From assembly GCF_006345805.1 (NCBI RefSeq), contig NC_043010.1:24056001-24120000 (forward strand): 64,000 bases of DNA, written 5' to 3'. The translations under genes were made by a program, and so were the position numbers. This document shows, piece by piece, positions 53,691 to 64,000 of the stretch (positions are counted from its first letter, which is position 1; every line of letters starts with the position of its first letter). This stretch comes from Octopus sinensis (Eukaryota). The notes beneath the pieces are model-generated. The model was given only the letters and a program-made list of their open reading frames with translations. It ran no database searches and had not been told where the DNA came from.

Positions 53691-54991
53691 AATTAACTCT
53701 ATTTTTCTGTCTGTTTTAAAATCATGAGCGCTTGGATTCAATCTCACTGGGCGCCATCTTGAGTATGCGTCTTTCATTTTCAGTTCGATTAAGCTTGTGA
53801 ATGAAACTATATTTACAAAGCGTGCAGTTACAACATAGATGGGACGAAATTTACCTGTAACCTAAACACATTATCTTGTCACTCGTTGTGTCACATTGAC
53901 TAAACCTGAGTATTACATTCATCGTAGATTCTTCTCTTTGATTACTTAACTCTGTCTCTTTAATGCCTTGTGTTCTACTGTAATCACTGCCGTAAGGTTT
54001 TGTGTCTTGTTCACATCAACACTCTTGCCCTGGACAATAACTAAGGGCGATCTACCACAATTGTGGTTTTACTTATCGACAATTGCTGCCCTTTTCCAGA
54101 TTCTCCCGCTAGCGTTCCAGTCCTCCAATGTACCAAACTGCTTCCTGATTTTATTGGCAAAAATATCTATCTGCCCTGGTCCTCAGTTTGCTTAGCGCTA
54201 CCTAGACTGTCGTCGGCCTCAAATAATCCATTCGTGAAAGCTTATCGTAACCTTAATTCTGTTTTTCTGCATCAAGCCGGTATTACTCTCAGTGCTTTAA
54301 ATACAGAACTAATGGCGTCCCTTCTATATACAATGGCAAAAATCTAAATAACGGTTTCCCAACACTTTCACCATGAACCTTAACTTCGTCATTTAAATGA
54401 CCATATTTCTCCGTTATCGAGAAGCAATATATGAACGCCAGCTTGACTTTTCTTCCCAGTTCTTTCCAGTCCTTCCCCAATTTATCAAAGCAATCCTGCC
54501 AACCTTCTGACCCCATGGGCAAACATATCTATCTGCTTAGGCCACAAACGTTCTTTGTATCAAATTTTCATTTGTTGTGGTTTCTCTTCTTCGCTTTCTT
54601 CCTCTAGCTAAGCTATCTACACAGTGAGCCAACTGCAGCCATTCTAAATGCAAAACCATAAGACTAACCATGCTACAGAACCTCTACAATTTCACCACGA
54701 GACAAAACTTTATCGCCCACATGACGACACGTCCGCACCATCTTCGCCACTAAATCAGCCGATCCTTGCTTGACACAAGATGGCGCGGGTATTCGCTGGT
54801 GACGAAGCTAACAAAATCTCGTTCCAGCACTTCCAGCAACAATCATATTTTGTGACTTTTGCCTGCAGCCGATGTTTTCCTGTTTTTAACACTATCACTA
54901 TATTTCTATAAGAGATACTCTCTCAGGACAAACACTACAGTTTACAAGTATCTCAACATATATATACTTTATGTATACAATTGGCTAATAT

Positions 54992-55079
<88 letters not shown>

Positions 55080-56227
55080 ATATATGTATACGTACATACA
55101 TATACATATATATGCATATTTATATATGTGTGCCTGTATGTATATATATATATATATATATATTCTACTTATTTACACTCATACATACATAACTACACAC
55201 ACACATACACACGCACACACTTGTATACGCGATCACATTGTTAAATATATATATTTCCCCTACTAAGCATTAATGAATGGCAGAAATGACAGCAGATGTA
55301 AATAAAGGTGAACCAAACAATAAATAACAGCACCATCATCATCAACGTCAGCAGCAGCAGCACCACCAGCAAACACCACCACAACAAAAACAGCAGCAAC
55401 GACAATAACAACGGCAATGACTACAACAACAACATCAGCAACAGCAACAGCAACAACAAACCTAACTGTGTTCGTACGAAGTGAAAAGCAAAGCCAGATA
55501 ATTCGTTTATCGACCGTAAGTGTACGGATGTACGGAGTAGATACAAGAGAGATAGTGGCAGTGTGTTTTATTTGGAACTGTGTTGATGTGGCAACATGGC
55601 TTGAATTACAATGATCACTTAGCGCGATTCAGCTTCGCGAGCAGGAAGTATGGCGTTGAATTTGACTATTTGTATGCAAGAATGTATACATGGCTACAAG
55701 ACAGAATTTATTTAGTTATTTGGGTTTTTACTGTCTTTCACAATGTTGGCGTTAGGACTTTTATTTTAGTTTATCTATTATTTTATTAGTTTTTTTTTTT
55801 TATGTGCTCCCTTATTTGGCCAAACAGTCCGAACAGTCGTTTTACATTTTTTTGACTACATTTAAACATCACCCTTTATATACTGTTTTATTTATTTATT
55901 TTTTTTTTTTTTGGTTACTGGTTTTTAAACTAACGCGGAGAATCTTCCCTATTTGTTTCATTCTATGTTCTCGTAGACATCTTTTGAATTCGTCTTTTAA
56001 CGCTTCCACATCAATGCTTCTTCTTTTCTTAGTGAGATTATATCTCTTACAGATAGGGAAATATGTAGTGTTTAAGGATACCCCACAAAGAAAGTAAACA
56101 TCGCCGCAGAATCGTACCCCATCATTAAACTTATATACAATTTCTTTCAGTTTTAGCTATTTCTCAGTTAATGGAGTCAATTTTAACCAGCCTATTTTAT
56201 TCTTGCATGAACCATGTTTGTATGAGC

Positions 56228-56262
<35 letters not shown>

Positions 56263-56487
56263 CGTGTGAGTTTTATATGGCCTAATTTATTGCCGTTGTT
56301 GTTGTTGTTGGAGACGGTATTTTCGCTTTGTACAGTTCTAATCAAACTTTTCACCAAACACATTCAAGCAACGACCATTTCAATGCTGGTTTTCGATTCC
56401 GTTTTAACCAATTGCCATTCCAGTTTTGTTTTTTGCTTTTGCCCTATTCAAACGTTATATATACATACATACATATATGTATGTATG

Positions 56488-56583
<96 letters not shown>

Positions 56584-57291
56584 CATAGATATGTATGTAT
56601 ATATGTATGTATGTATGTATAATCACCACTAGATTATCCAAAGAATATTCTTTTCTTTTCTTAAGATGTTGCAGTTTTCTTTGAGGCTGGAAAATGAATT
56701 CATACGAATCCAACGAATGTAAGTTAATAGTGAAGTGCAAAAGAAATCCATCAGATATCATTAATCTAAAAAAAAAAGTCCTGATAATGTGTTTAATAGA
56801 ATAGGCTTAAAACTTGCATTAGTTTAAATTTAGTGGATATCAAAATGACGAATATGGTGGACAATCATGAGAGTTTACTTAATGATTTTAAAACACACGT
56901 ACATATACGCACACACATGTACACACTTACACACACATACACACCTATATATATGGTTTGTTTGTATAATTTATGTTCTTGTTAAGAGAGTTCATGCCGA
57001 TCGCTAACAAAGCAACAAGACTTTGTGTTAAGAGAGTTCGCAGTCTTTATAACCACGTGACTAAGGTAGCGTATTGGTTTAACTGTCAATACGCACACTC
57101 GAGTGTATGAATCTATTCCCGTAGGAGCCTCAGATAGAGGATTTGTGGTATGGATTATAAATATTCACTGTGCCACTAATAGATTGGATTTGGATAATCC
57201 GCGTAACTTCCTTTTGCTGTTTCTTCGAAAAGCCTAGAATTTCCAGGTGAAAATTTGTTGGTACATAATGTAATACGCCTATGAATATGTA

Positions 57292-57575
57292 AGTTCCTTC
57301 TCGAGCCACGCCTGGCTCATAAGGGCCGGTTTCCCGGTTTCCTGGCGCATAGGTTCCCCACCTGGACGAGACGCTGATCCGTCACAAGTGAGCTGCTAGA
57401 TACAGGAGGAAAGAGTGAGAGAAAGTTGTGGCGAAAGAGTCAGCAAAAGTTCGCTATTACCTTCTGCCGGAGCCACGTGTAGCTTAAGTGTTTTCGCTCA
57501 TAAACACACACATCACCCGGTCTGAGATTCGAACCCACGATACCTCGACCGCGAGTCCGCTGCTCTAACCGCACC
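57292..57575 (-). mobile_element. SINE family B head with an alternative tail
   Basis: Head reverse complement at 57500-57575; tail ..cccttatgagccaggcgtggctcgagaaggaac differs from other B copies. Confidence 0.75.
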
Positions 57576-58849
57576 TATGAATATAGATAGGAATAAGAAT
57601 TTATAGTGACGGTAGAAGAGCTGTAAGTTTCATATTAATTCACTTCAAATGTTCACTTTTTCCTGGAGTTTTGATTGTACATGTGTATCTATGTATACAT
57701 GCATGTGATTGTGGGCATGTGTGTGTCAGTTTGTTTGTCTGTCAGTCTGTCTGTCCATCTCAGTCTATCTCTCTATCTGTTAGTCTGTCTGTCTGTCTGC
57801 CTGTCTGTCTGTATGTATGTATGTATGTATGTATGTATGTACATATAAATAATATTTCTAGTCGATCAGTGTAGAAACGGCTGTTGAAATAGGATTTAGA
57901 AAACGAACACACGAAATTTAAGGTGAAACCAGATCTAAAATTTGAAACCATTCAAGTGATTTTGATTTTATTTGATTTGCATGGATTTATTTGGTTGAAA
58001 CCGTTGAGCACCAAGTAGAAGATCTGATGCTCTATTAATTTCCTTTCTCTATGATCTCAGATCAAAAGCCTTTCGTAACCAGTCTCCCATTTCATGATTC
58101 TGGCAGTCGATAAATTATTATTGGAACTGTTAGTGTTGATGTTTATCCCCAGGTCAACTCTGTTCAAGCAGACCTACGATCAAAGCGATCCAAACATGAC
58201 CATTCCATGTTTAAATAAAAGGCATAATGTATCCAAGTCTGTAAATTACAAGTTGCCCATCTACTTTTGAGTTCAGGGCATACGGTTCAGGTGAGATTCA
58301 CTTACTATTTCTAGCAGATCGAATAATAATCGAGTAAGCGCTTGTTCGTTAGTTCGTGTGTTGTATGCACAATCAAGCGGAAATAAGATCAAAACATTCG
58401 CGTTATCATTTTCCAAACTCATTATCCAATGAATTCTTCTTTTTCCCCCCGTATTTAGTAAAGTATGATTTGAGTAGAATTTGGTTGCTATTTCATTTAA
58501 CACGTAATACGCCGTTTGGTTACGAAAATAAATATTCCCGGTTGTCTTGATAATGTTCCACTAATATACTTTGGTGATTTCATTGAGTAAAGTACATCCG
58601 TAAAAGTGGTTGGTTTGTGCAGAAGAAAGATAGCTACGTTCTTTGATTCTCTCACGTTGCTTGTGTAGTAAAGTTTATTTCTTCCTTCTTTTACACTTCT
58701 AAAATTATTTAGGTTTTTAAGTGAGCAACGAATTCACATTATCATAGTGTTATTCACCCACTTCTCACAGATCTTCACTTTAATCATAAAAGCCATCAAC
58801 GACCAGTGTTGCGTGAACAGATGACCGCTGAAGCATCCCTTTCATTGCG

Positions 58850-59700
58850 GTCATGTGTCAGTCGCAATGACTACCTTCAATTATGCCACAAAATATAATC
58901 ACTAGCTTCATCAGCTCCATTGCACAAAGGAAAGACCCCCTTGGTGTACAAGAGTAAGTGAAGTTTACCATAAGGCCATAAATGCTTAATGACCGCAAAA
59001 ACGGACCAATTTGCAATTCTTTCTGTTTCAGTCGACGCTAATATACTTCTGCCGATTCCTGCCGTTGGCAATGGCAAATGTCAGGACAGTAGTTGTAAAT
59101 ATTTGACTGGTCAAACAGTAAGGCTGAGCTGGTTATTATGTGTAGACTGCTGGAGAAATGAATCGCTAAAAGTGTCTAAAATTAATAAATTGACAAGAGA
59201 AAATGAGGCTGCAACTTTTACAGATCACTTAACCTTTATTGTCTGGAAGAAGAAAAAGTAGAAAAACCAGAATTATTAACATATAATTTAAGATCTGCGC
59301 ATGGTAACTGATAAGCTGAGTTTTTAAGATATATAGGAGTTCTCTCAAGAATCTAAACAGGCAATAAAGCTTTTAGTTATTTTGATAAATGCTTTCACAC
59401 CATCCGAAAATAATTTATGAGATCCAATCGTTTTTAATTGCTCTTCTATCATTATTACCATTCCACACAATTTTCAGCATGTGATACAAATTATTTACAC
59501 AATTCACAATTCCATATTTTTGTCCAGTAAAGATTCCAGAGACGAAAGTTCAATTAATTCTTAAACTAAGCGCTATTTTTTACTGTACATTGGGTATCGA
59601 ATAAGATAATCGAAATATTTCTTATTTTCTCGATAGTGGGCCATGCCTGAGCACACACTTCTAGGTCTTTAGTTGATTATATTGGTTTCAAATTTTGTCA
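58850..59700 (-). mobile_element. Heavily degraded L1-like ORF2 C-terminal fragment
   Basis: ..FPLCNGADEASDYILWH resembles the C-x2-C..E...H-x3-C zinc motif of L1/Tx1 ORF2; many stops. Confidence 0.35.
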
Positions 59701-59847
59701 CAAGGCCATTATATTGTCTACAGTTCTTTGTCTAGTAACCATTTTATCGACGAGCTAAAAGGCTGAAGACAAACGTCAACTATGGAACAAGTACTTAAAA
59801 TCAAAAGTCAATTTTTCTTCGGCGCATATGAATATATATATATATAT

Positions 59848-59882
<35 letters not shown>

Positions 59883-59886
59883 TATA

Positions 59887-59952
<66 letters not shown>

Positions 59953-60337
59953 GTAACAACAAAAGAATGAGATATTAGATATTAGATGAATAGAGGAGTG
60001 TTTATATATGCTGTAATTCGGAACAAACAGTAAAAGGTTGTCATTACAGTACTCGGAGTTTCGAATGTCGAAGCAAAGAGCTACGATACCTTCTCGTTGG
60101 CTATTAATGGCGACGGACGCTATGAAAAATAAAACGTTGAATAAAAGGGATGTAACTCCAATAGGTGGAAACAAAATTTTTAAATACACGCAACCATATT
60201 TTCACAATATATAGGCATAAACCCCTGCGTTCACAACTCACACTAACAGTATACATGCACATACACACACACAAACATATGTGTATGCACGAAGGCATAC
60301 ATACACACATATCCATACTTGTGTGTGTGTGTATATA

Positions 60338-60374
<37 letters not shown>

Positions 60375-60415
60375 CACATATATATACATATATATACATA
60401 TAATACATATATTTT

Positions 60416-60457
<42 letters not shown>

Positions 60458-60466
60458 CATATATAC

Positions 60467-60520
<54 letters not shown>

Positions 60521-60907
60521 GTATATAATGTATACACCCATACACAAACGAAGGGTTGGTGAAAAGTTCTTGGTTTTAAGGGTATCGCTAAAGGCCAAGC
60601 TGGAGGCCCAAACGTTTGAGTTGTTTTACAGGGCTTAGAAAAAACGAAGGGCCTCTGCAATAAGCATGTGACTCTGGGAGGGGAATATGTTGCATAAAAT
60701 CATATTTAACTGATATTCCTGTATTTTCTTTTACCTAAAGCCAGGAGCATTTCAGCCCCGCTCGTATATGTATACATACACACACACATACATACATACA
60801 TACATACATACATACATACATACATACATACATACATACATACATGCATGCATACATACATATATATATGCATGTATATAGTGTATATATATAATATATA
60901 TATTATA

Positions 60908-60939
<32 letters not shown>

Positions 60940-61358
60940 TCATTGTTCGACCATGGTCGAGACAATGGAATTTACTATGCTACACCAGACTTCACGGTCC
61001 ATCATAGCATTACGGAGGTCCTGTTGCTGATACCAGTATCCCTGGAGATTACGTCAGGGTAGGAGAGTGTGCGCCCTCTGGTATCGCGAGTAGATGGCTT
61101 CCAGAGAAGAGTAGAAATTGCCTCGTTTTCAGCTCTACAACAATGTCCAGCAAACTGGACTCTCCTACCTTTCACAAGAGATGACGCAGGTGGTAGTTCC
61201 CCATATATTTGCATTTTGGTTGGATGACGCTTCCACGAGAGATTTTGATCTCTCGTAAGGAGGCGAGTGTAAGTTCCATCCAACTGCCTCTCAAGCTTCT
61301 TTGATAACGTCCAGGTTTCTGAGCCATATAGTAGAATTGGTTCGACTGTGGCTTTGAA
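60940..61358 (-). mobile_element. RTE-type LINE 3' fragment
   Basis: FKATVEPILLYGSETWTL....E..LDGTYTRLL....NLSW..H.T...IYG.LP..S......R..FAGHC.R; flanked by (TA)n. Confidence 0.88.
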
Positions 61359-61359
61359 G

Positions 61360-61395
<36 letters not shown>

Positions 61396-61520
61396 TATTT
61401 ATATATAAATATATATATATATATATAAAATAATTTATATATAATATATATAATAATATATATATATATATATATATATGGTGTGGTGTGTGTTGTGTGT
61501 GGTGGTGTGTGTGTGTGTGT

Positions 61521-62015
61521 GTGGAGGCGCAATGGCCCAGTGGTTAGGGCAGCGGACTCGCGGTCGTAGGATCGCAGTTTCGATTCCCAGACCGGCGTTG
61601 TGTGTGTTTATTGAAGCTCCACGATGCTCCGGCAAGGGGTGGTGATCTCTGCTGTACTCTTTCACCACTCTTTCTCTCACTCTTTCTTAGCCAGCGGGGT
61701 GGCATCATGCGAACGCATTGTGACCAGCGATGTGTAGCAACATCTGATGGTCTGGTCAGTCACGTGATCACGTGACACACACATATATATATATATATAT
61801 ATATCTTTCATCGTTTACTTGCTTCAATCGTTAGACTGTGACCATGTCAGGGCACCGCCTTGAATAATTTTAGTCGTTGAAAACAACCCCAGTACTTATT
61901 TTTTAACAGTCTGTTACTTAGTCTATCGGATCTTTTGCTGAGCCGCTAAGCTATGGGCTCGAAAACACACCAACGGTGGTTATGAATCGGTGGGGGCGGG
62001 GCATACACACATCCA
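61521..62015. mobile_element. SINE family B copy (61521-61780, third tail type) plus SINE C tail (61810-62015, minus)
   Basis: Head gtggaggcgcaatggcccagtggttagggcagcggactcgcgg; tail ends ggtcagtcacgtgatcacgtga. Confidence 0.75.
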
Positions 62016-62048
62016 CGAACGCACAAGCACATAATACAAGCGCGCGCA

Positions 62049-62087
<39 letters not shown>

Positions 62088-62090
<3 letters not shown>

Positions 62091-62470
62091 CCGTAAATAT
62101 AAGAGAGTTAACGTTAAATAGGTTAACTCTAGTGCTAGAAATAGCTCTTCCGGTATAATCGCCGACGATACCTCCACATAGAAATAGCACTACCCTCAAC
62201 GTAAGGAAAGCTATTTCTAGCACTAGAGTTAACCTATTTAACGTTAACTCTCTTATATTTACGGATAAATATGTATTGTCTCCCTGGTTTATTGTGTTAA
62301 AATAAGGGTATTGTCACATTACATGTATAAATATAGTGTTTGGTAACAGAGAAGTTCAATAGTGTGATGAGAATATTTGGAAAAATTGGCAGAAAAGGAT
62401 AGTTGTGGTCTGTATTTTTGAATAAGATTACTTTCCTTATTTATTCGTGTTTGGTCTGTGGTGTTGTCCG
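62088..62470 (-). mobile_element. PLE 3' end (GIY-YIG C-terminus) followed by a fold-back terminal repeat
   Basis: RINKESNLIQKYRPQL resembles the R..xE..xI....P.LN end of PLE endonucleases; 59-bp perfect IR 62088-62146 / 62209-62267. Confidence 0.6.
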
Positions 62471-62479
62471 AGCATTGGT

Positions 62480-62522
62480 ATGTGTGTGAAAAAATATATG
62501 TATGTGCATGTATGTATGTATG

Positions 62523-62565
<43 letters not shown>

Positions 62566-63080
62566 GTGTATGTATATGTGTGTGTGTGTATATTTATTTG
62601 CATGTTTATGCGTGTATAAACATGTGCATTATTTGCATGCGCATTGTGTATATGTATATTGTATGTATGTGTATTGTATATGTATGTGTACAATTAAGTG
62701 TATATAATTGTGTGTATGTGTGCATTGTATATATGTATATTGTAGGTGTGCCATACGTGCATGAATACATGTATATGCATTGCGTGTATATATATGTATG
62801 CATTGTGTATGTATGTTATATGTGTGTGTATTTATATATATTATATGTATGCGCACGTGTATGTGTATGCATTGTATGTATGTATATTGTGTGTATATGT
62901 GGTATATCTATGTATGTGTATGTAAACACTATTTATATGTATACATGTATATATGTATATGCATTGTCTATATATATATATATTATATGTATGTATTGCG
63001 TACGTATATTGCATGCATATATTGTGTATGTGTATTATATAATGCTGTATTTGTATATTGTATGTGTATATATATGCTAG
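62480..63080. repeat. Degenerate (TGTA)/(TA) low-complexity tract
   Basis: Direct sequence. Confidence 0.9.
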
Positions 63081-63297
63081 GTGTATTTGTGTGATATTTA
63101 TATTATGCATAATATTCAATGTGACAATTATGTAAAAAACTTTTTTGAACCCATATTATTCAATGATACTTTTAAAGTTACTTTTGACAATCTTTTACCA
63201 AAGAGTGAAACCGGTTAAGTAAATAAACATCGTTTAAATTGCATTTTCAAACCTTTTTTCTTATATAATCCCACTCGTGCGATACCCCACAACTCAA

Positions 63298-63384
<87 letters not shown>

Positions 63385-63392
<8 letters not shown>

Positions 63393-64000
63393 AAAAAAAA
63401 AGGAAGACAGGTGGTGTAGACAACAAACAAATGTATTAGTTTAACGCTCGCGAAGTGAAATAAGTCTTTAACGTTTTCAGCCTACCCTCTTCCACCGAAA
63501 GGAACACAGAAAGAAACAGGGAGAAAAAAATAAAGAAAGTGTAGTGTCTAGCGATCTATCATGGAAACAATGAAAGGACAAAGGACAAAGGACAAAGGGA
63601 GAAACAGAAAGAAAAGGGGGAAGAAAGGGAGAAGAGAAGACGAAAGGGGAAACGAAAAGGAGGGAGAGTGAGGCAAGGTAACAGGTGCGTATTAGAGAAA
63701 ACAGAGTAAGAACTACAAGAGTATGAAGAAACGACAATAGGAAAAAGCAGAAAGTACAAAAAAGTTTAGAAAGTATAAAAACGTTACGAAAAGTTCAAAA
63801 GATTCAAATGTCTTGGTGTATTGGAGCGATTCCTCATTAACGGAAGAGTCCAGTGTAATCCATGAGTAGGAGAGGTTCGACTGAAGTGCAGGAGAGTAGA
63901 AAATCCAGGTAGAGAATCCAGGTAGAATAGTCTGAAGTGTAGAAGGTGTAGAAAATCCGAGAAAAGTTCGTTGGGCTATGAGGTGGAGACAGAATCAAAG
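63385..64000 (-). mobile_element. Probable PLE-related repeat fragment running off the right edge
   Basis: Terminal segment (aaacgttaaagac..gagcgttaaactaatacat..ttgttg..acacc..cctgtc) similar to 34555-34650; upstream degraded coding-like sequence. Confidence 0.4.

Noticed and set aside
56666-56718. 53-nt segment between a pyrimidine-rich AG and GTAAGT (MLQFSLRLENEFIRIQR)
   Set aside because: Too short to distinguish from chance, and no recognisable homology.
58821-58866. Small hairpin atgaccgc..gcggtcat
   Set aside because: Too short for a pre-miRNA and no other support.
58900-59116. Two plus-strand exon-like segments with GTAAG donors
   Set aside because: The upstream acceptor is weak and the opposite strand is better explained as an L1 zinc-motif remnant.
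63161-63216. caatgatac...gaaaccggtt degenerate HHR
   Set aside because: Core is mutated (CAAUGA) and stems are weak; at best a dead PLE terminus.

Overview
AT-rich, microsatellite-dense animal genomic DNA. The SINE families and repeat landscape resemble an octopus/cephalopod genome (inference, not verified). No complete host gene, rRNA, functional tRNA or CRISPR array is recognisable; at most one or two isolated candidate exons. The window is a mosaic of decayed mobile elements: a 5'-truncated L1-clade Tx1 LINE sitting in a (GATA)n tract; three R4/Dong-like RLE LINE remnants beside (AAT)n tracts; RTE and Hero LINE fragments; several Penelope-like element (PLE) remnants whose terminal repeats contain hammerhead-ribozyme (HHR) motifs and often form fold-back palindromes; two near-identical tandem non-autonomous Helitrons; a fold-back mariner MITE; a maT/DD37D-like transposase remnant; a hAT MITE; and many tRNA-derived SINEs of about four families. 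Two observations stand out. (1) A repeated tRNA-head + microsatellite + PLE-terminus/hammerhead element occurs as head-to-head inverted pairs (28.6-29.4 kb, 38.7-39.5 kb, related pair at 1.7-2.1 kb). (2) A SINE tail variant matches the last ~50 nt of the Tx1 LINE, suggesting a Tx1-dependent SINE. Coordinates were read by eye and element boundaries are approximate.
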